64,000 nt of DNA, taken from NCBI GenBank assembly GCA_963782055.1, contig CAWAIF010000003.1, positions 4,416,001 to 4,480,000 of the forward strand, read 5' to 3'. This DNA comes from an uncultured delta proteobacterium. GTDB lineage: Bacteria; Myxococcota_A; Polyangia; Polyangiales; Polyangiaceae. The position numbers and the translations under genes are program-made. The stretch's first letter is position 1, and each line of letters opens with the position of its first letter. This document shows positions 9,032-19,176 of this stretch, piece by piece. The notes below the pieces were generated by a model. It did no database searches and was not told the origin of the DNA. It worked only from the letters and a program-made list of their open reading frames with translations.

Positions 9032-9462
9032 ATAAACGAAGCCCCTCAGAAGACTTGTCCGAAGACCTTCTGAGGGGCTCGCCTCCGAGTTGTCGAGACC
9101 GGAGGTGGACATGTTCGACCAGATCGAGCTTGGGAGCGAGTTTTTCGAGGGGCTGACCAAGATCGACGAGCGGATCGCGCGGGCGGTGGCCGCACGGGGC
9201 TGCGTGTGGTGCGGGGGCCCACTGCACCGCGCGGACCATCCCCGCAAGCCACGCGGGCTGATCGCGGTCGCCGCGGAGGCCTTGGGTCGCCTGTAATACC
9301 CCAGCGAGACTCCGGAGCCCCCTCATCAATCCGTCACGTCCAGAATCGCGCCCCCTCCGCCCACACGTCTCCCGTCCTCCCGTCACGCGCGAGACCGCCA
9401 TGTCAAAGACCGAGGCGCCGGACCGACTTCCTCTCCGGCGCCCATCGCTACCCGCTGTTGAA

Positions 9463-10788
9463 CCTGGATTTCGCTCGCACCGGTCCTCGGAGCGGGCGCG
9501 GGCGTCGCACGGGTCGGCGCGTCCCGGATCGGTGCCCGGCACGGCTGCCGCGCACGATAAGCGCGTAGCGTGAGCACACGTCCCCCTTTCCCCCGCCTCG
9601 CAAACCAAGTTGTGTGCCGGTCAATTCAGCATCGGGCGAGGAGCGAGTCGCAGCTGCCAGCGACCCCCGACGCGCAGCAGGCGAGCGGGCACCAGGACGC
9701 AGGCGCGACGCATCCAGGTCGCGCGCCAGTGTGCCACGGCGGTCCCCGGGCACAGCGACAGCACCCAGCGACGCATCAGGTTGTAGGCCAGCAGCTTGAG
9801 CAGCAACGCGGCCTCGTTGGCGTCGAAGGTGTTCGTCGGGGCGTAGCCGATGCCGAAGGCGTTCTTGAGCTCGGCGAAGAGCGGCTCGATCCCCGCCCGG
9901 CCGTCGTAGAAGCGCGCCACGTCGTCGGCGTCGCGGTCGTGATCGTTGGTCAGGTAGACCTGCGCCGAGTAGTCGAGGTCCTCCCAGAGGTGGACCTGCT
10001 TGCCGGTGTCGCGCTCGCTGGTCCGCACCGCCACCACGCGCCAGCCGGGAGGCCAGTCGTCGCGGCGGAAGTCCACCACGGCGACCTGTCGCGTCGGCTC
10101 GCCGAAGGCATCGCGATCGGTCGTGCGCCAGCGCGTCGTGCGCGCGACGGCGCTCATCAGGTTGGCGGTCTGCCGCATCTTCGCCACGAAGTACGCCCCG
10201 CCGCGCTCGACCGCAGAAAGCAGCGCTGCAGACTCTCCGCCGGAGTCGATCCGCATCGTCACCACGGCTTTCGGCGCGGCGCGATGCAGCCGTCCGATCC
10301 ACTGCGCGATGTCCTCGACGTCGTCCTCGCCGATGCCCGTGTCGCCCGGCCGCAGCCGCGCTCCGAGCATCGTATCGGTCTCGGCGATGCGCGCCAGGAT
10401 CGGGTGATAGCTCACGCGGCCGTGGTAGCGCGGGTTGTAGCCGACGTGCGCTCCCTCTTGCTCGCCGAACAGCGGCGTCACCGTCGTGTCCACGTCGATG
10501 GTCAGCTCCTTGGCGCGGAGCTTGGTGAGCGGCTTGAGCCCCTGCTCGGCCATCAGCTCTTCCAGCCTCTCGAGCTCGCGGCCCCTGAAGCGCCGCAGAT
10601 CGTCGTAGAGCACGTCGATGCTCGGCACGATGCCGCCGGCGAGGTGCCGGAACACCGGGTCCGTCGCGAGCACCTCGAAGTCGAAGATGCGCCGCGCTCC
10701 CGCCACCGACGCGTCGAGCAGAAGCTGAATCTGCGCCGCCATCGGATAGACCACCTGCGCTCCGGTCTTGAGGTGCCCGAAGTCCCGC
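9463..10788 (-). mobile_element. Second IS1380 copy, 5'-truncated by the 100-bp repeat
   Basis: Near-identical to 7377-8702; stops at agtcccgc|caccctgg. Confidence 0.92.
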
Positions 10789-10888
10789 CACCCTGGTCCG
10801 TCCTTCCAGTGACACCGGACGGCCCCACTTCGCATAAGATGGATTCCGTAAACTTTCGCGCCCGACCGCGCTAGGATTTCCTATGCGC
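10789..10888 (+). repeat. 100-bp dif-like unit, copy 2
   Basis: Identical to copy 1. Confidence 0.97.
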
Positions 10889-11154
10889 TCGTCGTCCGCT
10901 TCGACGCGAAGACCCCATCCTCGCTGCCGAAGCTCCCTTCGTGGAGTGGGTCGTTTTTCTAAGACGGAGCGCGGTCGCCGAAGGCAGCTAGGTCCGGGAC
11001 TTCCAATCGGGCTCTTCTGGGTTTCGGGTGGCAGCCAACAGCGGACGGCGGTTCCCGCCGTCCCGTCGGTCCCGTCGCATGGTCGGGTGAGGCCGGCGCG
11101 TGGCGCATCAGGGCGCACGGGTTGGCGAGGCGGAGGTCCGAGGGTCTACGATGC

Positions 11155-11254
11155 CACCCTGGTCCGTCCTTCCAGTGACACCGGACGGCCCCACTTCGCA
11201 TAAGATGGATTTCGTAAACTTTCGCGCCCGACCGCGCTAGCATTTCCTATGCGC
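11155..11254 (+). repeat. 100-bp dif-like unit, copy 3
   Basis: 2 substitutions vs copy 1. Confidence 0.97.
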
Positions 11255-11262
11255 TCCTCTGT

Positions 11263-11388
11263 GACATCAGCGTACGCGACGGCTGGGCTGCACGCGAGTC
11301 CGGCAGGTGTGCGAGCGTCGAATGGCAGGACACTGAGCGCGGGGGTAGCACCTACCGCGCAGTCACGCCCTCACCCCACGCGACGGCG
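11263..11388. repeat. 126-bp direct repeat A, copy 1
   Basis: Matches 14996-15121 with a few substitutions; internal hairpin GGTAG-CAC-CTACC. Confidence 0.9.
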
Positions 11389-11520
11389 ACGCACCACCAG
11401 CGCGATCCCCAGCGCGAGCGCCGACAGCGCAGGCCACGAGCCGCGCGAGCTCTCCCCCGCCGCGTGACAGCCGCACCCGCCGTCCTCGTTGATCGGCGGC
11501 GCGCCCAGGCCCTTCGTCGC
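11371..11520 (-). pseudogene. Orphan MYXO-CTERM sorting-signal tail
   Basis: EDGGCGCHAAGESSRGSWPALSALALGIALVVRRRRVG*. Confidence 0.75.
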
Positions 11521-11571
11521 GCACCCTCTGAGCGCGAGGGCGGCGACGAACAGTGCGGCGGGATCGCGGGA

Positions 11572-12390
11572 TCAGTCGTAGCAATCGAGCCCCCCTGGGA
11601 GGGACGCATGGAGCGCGTGGCACACGTCACGATTGAGGCATAGGCCGTTCTGCTTCGCAACGGACTCGTCTCCCGGCGGGGACGGGTACACCGCGCACGT
11701 GTAGTTTCCCACCGTGGGACACGCCGCGATCACGGTGCCTCCCTGCACGACGCAGCGGGGAAAGGACGCAGGATCCTCGGGGTTCCCGCTGCAGCAGAAC
11801 TGCGCGCAGATCCCGATGGGGTGGTCCGGACCCTGCCCCACGCAGCGGTCCAGCGCGCCGTGGGCGGTGTCGCAAGGCCCGCACGGCCCCCCGCACATGG
11901 AGTGATCCTCATGCACGAGGGGATCGGAGTCCGGACATGAGCTGGCTGCTGGGATGGCGCGCCCATCGTACGGGACCTTGTCGCCATACCAGCATACGTC
12001 ACCGGCTCCCAGCTTGCGGAGGTCGTCGCAGACCTCAAGCGGAACGCACTCGAAGGAGCCCTGCGAGCGCTGCACGCAACCCTGCCCGGCGTCGCACACG
12101 GCGCAGGGCGTCTGCCCCCTGTCGGGCAGGTCGGCGAAGCACACGCCGTACGCCGAGTTCGAACCGTCACCCGTCACGAGCGGGATACAGCCACCGGGGC
12201 AGTCGGTCAGGTCACCGCACGTCCCGCCGCAAAGTCGCGCACCGGCCACGGTGCAGGTGGGCCCCGCGTCGATGGCGCCGCTGTATGGAGCAGGGGGCGC
12301 CACCCTTCCGCCGCAGCACACCACCGTCACCGCGACCGCGAAGGTGAGCGGCGCAAGTGCGCCTACGGCCGTCAGCCTACGGCGTTGCAT
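11572..12390 (-). CDS. Cys-rich lipoprotein
   Basis: Signal peptide with Cys, DAG motif, many Cys; resembles 12377-13159 (CGG.CG.C, C.G..PDHP.GIC). Confidence 0.75.
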   Translation of the reverse strand: MQRRRLTAVGALAPLTFAVAVTVVCCGGRVAPPAPYSGAIDAGPTCTVAGARLCGGTCGDLTDCPGGCIPLVTGDGSNSAYGVCFADLPDRGQTPCAVCDAGQGCVQRSQGSFECVPLEVCDDLRKLGAGDVCWYGDKVPYDGRAIPAASSCPDSDPLVHEDHSMCGGPCGPCDTAHGALDRCVGQGPDHPIGICAQFCCSGNPEDPASFPRCVVQGGTVIAACPTVGNYTCAVYPSPPGDESVAKQNGLCLNRDVCHALHASLPGGLDCYD

Positions 12391-13159
12391 CGCAAAGCGC
12401 GCCGCCCGGGTAGTTCGACTGCGCCGCCTGGCAGCCGGCCGCGTCCATGCAGAAGCCATGATTGGCCAACGGCTGTCCGTCAGGCGACGACTTCAGGACG
12501 AAGCACGAGGCCCCCGAGGGACACGGTGACACGCCACCATCCTGGACCACGCACGCCGCGGTGGCCGACCACGTCGGCACGCAGATCCCCCAGGGATGGT
12601 CCGGCGAGCGCCCGATGCACCACTCGTCCACCTTGCATCCGCCGCAGTTGCCACCGCAGATGCGGAAGCCGGGGAAGGTCGGGCAGTTGGAAGGCTCGGG
12701 CAAAGGCGCCCCGGTCCAGGGCTTCCAATCGGCGTAGCGCACGCGGCTCGCACCGCCGTTGTTTGCGAAGAGCACACCGACCTCGTACGGGAAGGCCGTC
12801 CAGGCGTCCGGCGCGAGCGTGGACTCGGCGATGTAGACCTCCCCATCAAACGCAGGTACACGACCCACACCCACCTTGGCCGACTCGCACATACCAACCT
12901 GATCGACGTCGAACGAGAAGCACGACTCACACACGCTACCGCGAGTCTGCTTGTCGGGCGGGAAGCATCCGTGGGTTCCGTTGCAGACTGCATAGATTCC
13001 ATCCGCCGTCACGCACGCATCGGCGACTCCACCGTCCACGGGGATGGCGCTGTCCACGGAGGCATCGCCGCCCGCTGGCGAGACGGTCCCACCGCATCCC
13101 AGGACGAGACAGCCGCCGACCCAGGCGAGCGCCTCCCATCTCTCAATGAAATGTCGCAT
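12377..13159 (-). CDS. Cys-rich lipoprotein
   Basis: Lipobox LGC; paralog of the adjacent gene. Confidence 0.75.
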   Translation of the reverse strand: MRHFIERWEALAWVGGCLVLGCGGTVSPAGGDASVDSAIPVDGGVADACVTADGIYAVCNGTHGCFPPDKQTRGSVCESCFSFDVDQVGMCESAKVGVGRVPAFDGEVYIAESTLAPDAWTAFPYEVGVLFANNGGASRVRYADWKPWTGAPLPEPSNCPTFPGFRICGGNCGGCKVDEWCIGRSPDHPWGICVPTWSATAACVVQDGGVSPCPSGASCFVLKSSPDGQPLANHGFCMDAAGCQAAQSNYPGGALCDATP

Positions 13160-14980
13160 GCGCAAACCCTCGTACCGACTGCGTGCTTGCTGGCGTCCGG
13201 CCACAGAGCTGCTGCACGGCGTTCGGCGCGATATTCGGCGACAACGAACTCAGGGCCAGGTAGATCCCGAACGCTTCGTTCAGGAACTCGTCGGGCGGGA
13301 CACTCTGGAAGTTGGGGCCGTCGAAGAAGACGGCCTCCACGCTATCGGGAAATACATTCAGACGCTTCGCACGAATGATCACCTCGCACACGGGAGCTCC
13401 AGTCTGAATGAGTTTGCCTGTCAGTGGATCCTTGCTCTGATTGTATACGGCACCAGGCAATTCGTATTTCGGATAGAAATTACACCGTACGTTATGGTAG
13501 TAGTTCGGGTCTCCGTTGAACGGCTGGGTAACCGTGTCTGCGAGCGCTTGGGGGTCAGAGACGGGATATGTCGTCCCACCGCCAAGCACAAGCAAGTGGA
13601 GATTGTTTGCCGCGTTGGCACAGAAGTCGGCCTCGTGCCAGCTCGCGCGATCGACTTTGTTCGGATCCCCGATGTCCTCTGCGGGCGAACCCGAATCCGG
13701 ATAGGTACCGGCGGCCCACATCGTCACGGAGTCCGTGCTCTGGCAATGCTGAAAACAGCTCTCGGGGCGCGGACCATTCGTTGCGCTGCAGTTCACTCCA
13801 GCCGGCGGGAAGGGGGCGGGAACCGGCTGAGCCTGTCCTCCCTTGAAGGTCCCTGCAGGTCCTTCGAGCGCCGCTAGTTTGGCTCCCTGGGGCACCTTCG
13901 TCTTGAGCGCCTGGTTCACCTTGTCATGACCGAGGTTGAAGAAGTCCGGACCGGCGAAGTCCCACGTGTTGACGATGGGAGGATCGACGGAGAAGACGCC
14001 GTCGTCCAGGTGGAAAAGGTAAGTTAGATTGGCATCGAAGCGCGCCTGCTCGAGCACCTGGAAGATCACCGGCGTCCACCACAGATCGGCGTGGGTGCTC
14101 AGCACGAAGCCACCCTTCGGCGCGTAGTCCACGAACGATGCCAGACCGACGTCCGAGATGTCATACGCCCAGACCACGTTGTTGCTATGGAACTGCACCG
14201 AGTTCCTCACGGTACTGAAGCTACCCTGAATCGCCTGCCGCTGCGAACAGAGTCCGTGCCGCAGGACCGAGATACCCTTGATCGTCCCACCGAAGTCCGC
14301 CGCGGCGCCGGCGACGTCGGCACTGCAGGCGACGGCACTCGAGCAATTGAGTTGGTTCGGCGGACAGGAGCACGTGAAGTCGTTCTGAATCAGCGGCCAT
14401 TCGAGCTTGGGTGCTTGGGCCTGGTTCGGGAACGGGATACTCACTGCGTTCGGCAGCGTCACGCCGGGTGGCGGCTGCGTCGCCGGGTCGCTCTCTGGCA
14501 CGACCGGCCAGAGATCGCCAGGCGCGAACGTCTCCCGGGCCCAGTCGAGCCACCGACCCAGGTTCAGTGGGTCTGGGTTCGCGCCACCGACGATCGACTC
14601 CAACGTGCGACGGTACTCGACCGGATCGCGCGCCATGACGACGACTTCCTCCTGCATCGGCACGGTAGAGAAATTGTCGGTGTAGCGCACCGAGAGCCGC
14701 GCGGAGGAGAACGGGATCAGCGACGCGGGGCCCAGCGCCTTGTCGTTGTAGAAGAAGGACTGCGCGTACCCCGTCGAGCTGCTGAACGCGACGCTGCCGT
14801 TGGAGAGCACCTGCAAGTTCCCCCCGATGCCGGTGTTCAGGTCGATGCAGGCCGTGGCCCCACCTAGCAGCCCGGCGACGACGAGCGCGGTTCCGCACGC
14901 CCACGCGGCGCGACGCCACGACCTGCGACGACGAACGCTCTCACCCTGCCTGCCTGCCTGCCTGCCTGCGCGATCTTCAT
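13143..14980 (-). pseudogene. Large lipoprotein, start codon out of frame across a (CAGG)6 tract
   Basis: RBS AGGAGG + ATG at 14980; signal peptide ...GGATAC is in frame with the 557-aa ORF but not with the ATG. Confidence 0.65.
14945..14968. repeat. (CCTG)6 simple sequence repeat
   Basis: Six perfect tetranucleotide units. Confidence 0.95.
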
Positions 14981-14995
14981 GCCACCCTCCTCGCC

Positions 14996-15121
14996 GACAT
15001 CAGCGTACGCCACGGCTGGGCTGCACGCGAGCCCCGTACGTGTGCGGGCGTCGAATGGTAGGACACTGAGCGCGGGTGTAGCACCTACCGCGCAGTCACG
15101 CCCTCACCCCACGCGACGGCG
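14996..15121. repeat. 126-bp direct repeat A, copy 2
   Basis: Matches 11263-11388. Confidence 0.9.
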
Positions 15122-15291
15122 GAGCGTACGGGATTTGAGCGCGGTTTTCCACGAGCCTCGAGCCCTCGGGGCACCGCCGGCGGCGGTGTGGTGGTGCGCC
15201 TGAACGTCGCATGGCGGCCGCGGCGGCGGGCGGAGCGCCGGTTTCCACGGGATTCTCGCCTCTCGCGCGCACCGGTCCCTGCCCGAGAGCG

Positions 15292-15655
15292 TCAGGCGGC
15301 GACGATGGCGCCGGCGATGCGGCGGATGACGGCGCTGCGGTAGTAGGGCGGAGCGCGGGCGGGCGCGCGCGGCGGGACGTCGTGCGGCTCGCCGAGCCCC
15401 TCGAGAAACCTCCGGATGCCGCGCGGCTCCTGCACCATCGCGACGAGCTTCATGCGGCCCTCGCACTTCGGGCACTTCTGCACGTCCACCGCGAAGGTCC
15501 GTGCCATGAGCTCCGCCCAAGGCCAGTAGCGCGAGCGCTTCGGCTTGTCGTCGTCCTGCGCTGTCGCCGGCGCGGAGGCGGGCGGGCGGCGGACGATCTT
15601 CGGGCGCACTTTGCTGGCGGAGGCGAGCACGCCGGCGTAGCGGACAATGTGACTC
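15292..15655 (-). pseudogene. IS91/ISCR-type transposase C-terminal fragment
   Basis: HIVRYAGVLA, WAELMARTF.VDV..CPKC.GRM, ARAPP. Confidence 0.8.
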
Positions 15656-15863
15656 TGTACCGGCGTTGGATGCAAAGCCATTTTCTGCTTCTTCTTCGTT
15701 TTCCTGGTCTCGTTTGGTCGTGACGACGATTTGCTCGGCATGGAGGTGTCCCTTCGCCGCTGGTTGGCGGCGCGTGCAGCAGACTGGTCGCGCTCTGGTG
15801 ACGCGCAGCGTCGAGCTTCCCCTCGATTGACTCTTCGCGTTCATCGGACAGCGGGCTCGTCGC

Positions 15864-15963
15864 CACCCTGGTCCGTCCTTCCAGTGACACCGGACGGCCC
15901 CACTTCGCATAAGATGGATTTCGTAAACTTTCGCGCCCGACCGCGCTAGCATTTCCTATGCGC
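15864..15963 (+). repeat. 100-bp dif-like unit, copy 4
   Basis: Identical to copy 3. Confidence 0.97.
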
Positions 15964-16099
15964 CCATCACTCCGCCGGCGTGCTCGGTGAGCCCAGTGAC
16001 CCAGTGAGCCCTCAGGGCTTCCGCGGATCGCAGTCTGTTTCGGGGGCGACTGCACGCTTCTGGGCTATGCTTTGCTGTCTTCCCTTCCAGAGGTCACGA

Positions 16100-16471
16100 A
16101 TGTCCTTCGACCGCCGTTCGCGAAGAACGCTGTCCATCGTCCACCGCGGCACCGTCGCGATCGCGGCGCTCGTCCTTTTGGCTGCAGCGATGGCGACGCT
16201 CTCATGCAGCACCGACTCCTCGGAGTGCAACTCGCCCGACGTGGTCGTCCATTACGACTGCACGCCGCTGGACGCCGGCACCGGTACGCCGGGGTGCTAC
16301 GGGACGTTGCCGTTCCAGGGGAAGTACTACCCGCCGCCGGACTACGACGCGCGCTTCCCGGTCGGCTGCAACGCCCGGCCGCCTGGCTGCGCCAACATCT
16401 CGTGCCAGTGCGGCAGGCCGCTCGGCGACCCGGACGCGCGTCCGGACTGGATGTGCGTGCAGTACCTGTGA
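16100..16471 (+). CDS. Small Cys-rich lipoprotein
   Basis: Lipobox LSC, DAG motif. Confidence 0.65.
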   Translation: MSFDRRSRRTLSIVHRGTVAIAALVLLAAAMATLSCSTDSSECNSPDVVVHYDCTPLDAGTGTPGCYGTLPFQGKYYPPPDYDARFPVGCNARPPGCANISCQCGRPLGDPDARPDWMCVQYL

Positions 16472-16560
16472 CGAGCGGGACCGTTCGTCGGCCCAGACCA
16501 GCAGGCGCAGCAGCACGCGCCAAGCCGTGCCGGCATTTGACGCCGGGCGCGGAGGTTCGT

Positions 16561-17064
16561 ATGGGGCTCTGCATGCGCACGGGACTCGTGGTGGTCGGCT
16601 CGCTCTTCCTCGTCGCGTGCGGGGCGTCGGCGCCGCCGCCCGCCGCCGCGCATCCGTCGCCGGCGGTCGGCAGCGCGCACCCGTCGCTCGCGATCACCGG
16701 CGTGACCTGCGACGACGCGGCGGCGGCGGCGGGCGCGCGGCTGGCGTTCGACCGCGCGAAGGGGGCGCTGGAGCGGCTGCCCGGCGTCGAGTCGGTGTCG
16801 ATCGGGGAGTGCGACGTGTTCTGGGCGGGGCACTTCTATCAGTCGATCGATCCGACCTTCACCGTGCCCGCGGTGGTGGGGCCGGCGCACGAGTGCGGGG
16901 TGCGCGTCGCCTTCCGGGACCAGGAGTCGCTCAGGCACTACGCCGACGCCGCGTTCGTCCTGGGGACGTTCATCCCGTACGGGACGCAGACGGAGGTGAA
17001 GCGCGCGCGGACGTGCGGGGTGCTCGCGGGCGCGCCGGCGGGAGCGGCCGCCGCCTCGAAGTGA
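16561..17064 (+). CDS. Lipoprotein
   Basis: Lipobox LVAC. Confidence 0.65.
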   Translation: MGLCMRTGLVVVGSLFLVACGASAPPPAAAHPSPAVGSAHPSLAITGVTCDDAAAAAGARLAFDRAKGALERLPGVESVSIGECDVFWAGHFYQSIDPTFTVPAVVGPAHECGVRVAFRDQESLRHYADAAFVLGTFIPYGTQTEVKRARTCGVLAGAPAGAAAASK

Positions 17065-17279
17065 GGTAGCGTCGCCGCGGGGCCGCGTAGCAAATGGGCG
17101 CGGGCTGCCATTTGGTTTGGGATCCCGCTAAGTGTAGTCGTGATGGTTGTCGCACGCTTGGTCCATAATCCGTATGGAGGGTTCCGGGTCGTCGCGACGA
17201 CCGACAGGCAAGCGGATGTCGCCTGTGTGAGGCGCGCGGTTGTGGCAACGGGCTGGTCGGAGTTGAAGACGGGGAAGGC

Positions 17280-17479
17280 CACCCTGGTCCGTCCTTCCAG
17301 TGACACCGGACGGCCCCACTTCGCATAAGAGGGATTTCGTAAACTTTCGTGCCCGACAGCGCTAGCATTTCCTATGCGCCACCCTGGTCCGTCCTTCCAG
17401 TGACACCGGACGGCCCCACTTCGCATAAGATGGATTTCGTAAACTTTCGCGCCCGACCGCGCTAGCATTTCTTATGCGC
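17280..17479 (+). repeat. Head-to-tail dimer of the 100-bp unit (copies 5 and 6)
   Basis: 17280-17379 and 17380-17479 with no intervening DNA: CCTATGCGC|CACCCTGG. Confidence 0.97.
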
Positions 17480-17791
17480 CTCGAGGGTGACCGACTGGCC
17501 ACCGAGGCAGATGTCAGCGTCGAGAGCGGGCCCCGTCAACGTCCCGAACGCGGGGACGTAGTACGGCTGCGCCATCACGGCGGCGGAGGTGCACGCGGGG
17601 ATGCCCACGAGCCCCGCGTCGCCCGCGTCGAAGGCGTCCGGCTTCACGCCCGCCTCGGAGACGCAGGTCGCTGCATCCTGGATGGCGGGGGCACCGGCAT
17701 CGACGGGCGCGAGCGGTCGGCCGTGCCGCGAGCTGCAGGCCACGAGCGCGGCGGCGACGGCCACCACGCACAGGATGTTTCGAGCCTCCAT
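17480..17791 (-). pseudogene. Lipoprotein, 3'-truncated by repeat
   Basis: Lipobox LVAC, DAG motifs; frame runs into copy 6. Confidence 0.6.
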
Positions 17792-17944
17792 GTCGTCCCT
17801 CCGACGCAGCATGCCACCCGTCGCGGCGCAGTGCTACGCGCTCACCCGCCACGACGTGGCCATCCTCGTCTTCCGGCCAGTCTCCGCGTCGCGCTGACCA
17901 GACGCGGCCCGGTGCGGCTCTCCCTCAACGGCTGTCGAACGTCG

Positions 17945-18442
17945 TCATTGACAGGTTTCCACGGGGCTCGTTCCGGACCGGCACGCGAGCACCGCCATCG
18001 CAGGCGAGCAGTCGGCGAGCTCCCGCTCGTCTGGACTGTCGCAGGCAGCCGCGCGGCAAGCGCAGGACGCTGCCACGGCGTCGTGACAGCAATGCCCGCC
18101 GCTCGGAGGCGAGCACGAGGGGACCAGCGTCCCTCCGCACACGACGTTGAGGCCGCAGTAGCAGAAGTCGGCTTGCTGACAGCAGCGGATGGCGTCGCTC
18201 GCGCACATGCAGGCGGTGGTCACACCCGCGTCGACGGTCGCGCAGCAGTGTGCAGCGCCGCCGAGTGAGCTGGGCGAGCAGGAGCCCGAGGTGGCGATCG
18301 CCTTCTGGCAGGAACACGTGTAGCCGTCACCGGAGCAGCTCAGGACGGCGTCGCCCACGCCGGAGGAAGAGCAGGCGAGGAGACATGCTGCGGCGATGGG
18401 AAGAACGCTCGCGACGATGTGGCAGGGTCTTTCCGGAGCCAT
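17945..18442 (-). CDS. Cys-rich lipoprotein
   Basis: Lipobox LLAC, >20 Cys. Confidence 0.65.
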   Translation of the reverse strand: MAPERPCHIVASVLPIAAACLLACSSSGVGDAVLSCSGDGYTCSCQKAIATSGSCSPSSLGGAAHCCATVDAGVTTACMCASDAIRCCQQADFCYCGLNVVCGGTLVPSCSPPSGGHCCHDAVAASCACRAAACDSPDERELADCSPAMAVLACRSGTSPVETCQ

Positions 18443-18583
18443 CGATGCCTCCCTTTCCACGATCTTGCAGGTGATACGCTTGCGGTCAATGCGCTGGCGC
18501 TCGCCGCCACACGAGCACCGTGGACCGCGTCGCGGGGAGCAGCAGTTCGTCGACGGTGCTCGAGGGCCGATTCCGAAGACCCC

Positions 18584-19102
18584 ATGGACCGGCTCGACGC
18601 GATGGAGAGCGGGCCGGACCGCAAGGCCACGCGCAAGGCGGACCAGGCCGCGCTGGCGACGCTGGAGAGTCGCGGCCTGACGAAGGAGGCGCGCAAGCAG
18701 GCCAGGGACCTGGTCACCCTGGTGGAGACGACGCCCGCCCCCGCGCCCGTCGAGGAGCAGCCCGCGCCGGAGACGGACCAGCGGATGCTGGCGCTGACGG
18801 AGCTGCACGCCTGGGTGCAGGACTGGTCGGACTGCGCGCGCGCGGTGATCACCCGGCGGGATCAGCTCCTGCGCCTCGGCATCGGCAAGCGCAAGGCGCG
18901 CGGGTCGTCGGCCGCGGCGAAGGCGCGGCCCGCGGCGCCCGCGCCGGTGGTCGCGCCCGCGCCGGAGGTGAAGCCCGCGGCTCCGGCGGGGCCGTCCCTC
19001 ATCGAGATGGGCGGTCCGATCGCGGCGCTTCCCCCCGCGCAGCTCAACGGGAAGAGCAACGGGGTGGTCGCGCTCCCGGTGAACGGAGGTGCGCACGGCT
19101 GA
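18584..19102 (+). CDS. Hypothetical protein (possibly 5'-truncated)
   Basis: High-GC3 codon usage, helical core WVQDWSDCARAVI. Confidence 0.55.
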   Translation: MDRLDAMESGPDRKATRKADQAALATLESRGLTKEARKQARDLVTLVETTPAPAPVEEQPAPETDQRMLALTELHAWVQDWSDCARAVITRRDQLLRLGIGKRKARGSSAAAKARPAAPAPVVAPAPEVKPAAPAGPSLIEMGGPIAALPPAQLNGKSNGVVALPVNGGAHG

Positions 19103-19176
19103 CGAGGCGACGCCGAGATGTTGCGCGGGAGCGCGCGGTCCTCTCCGGAAGAGGGGGCCGCGCGTTTTCCGTTTTG

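Larger units (their letters stand above)
7313..9300 (+). mobile_element. End of an unclassified transposon (small CxxC ORF 9111-9296), interrupted by IS1380
   Basis: 7313-7376 joined to 9037-9220 matches the reverse complement of ~43570-43821. Confidence 0.7.
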
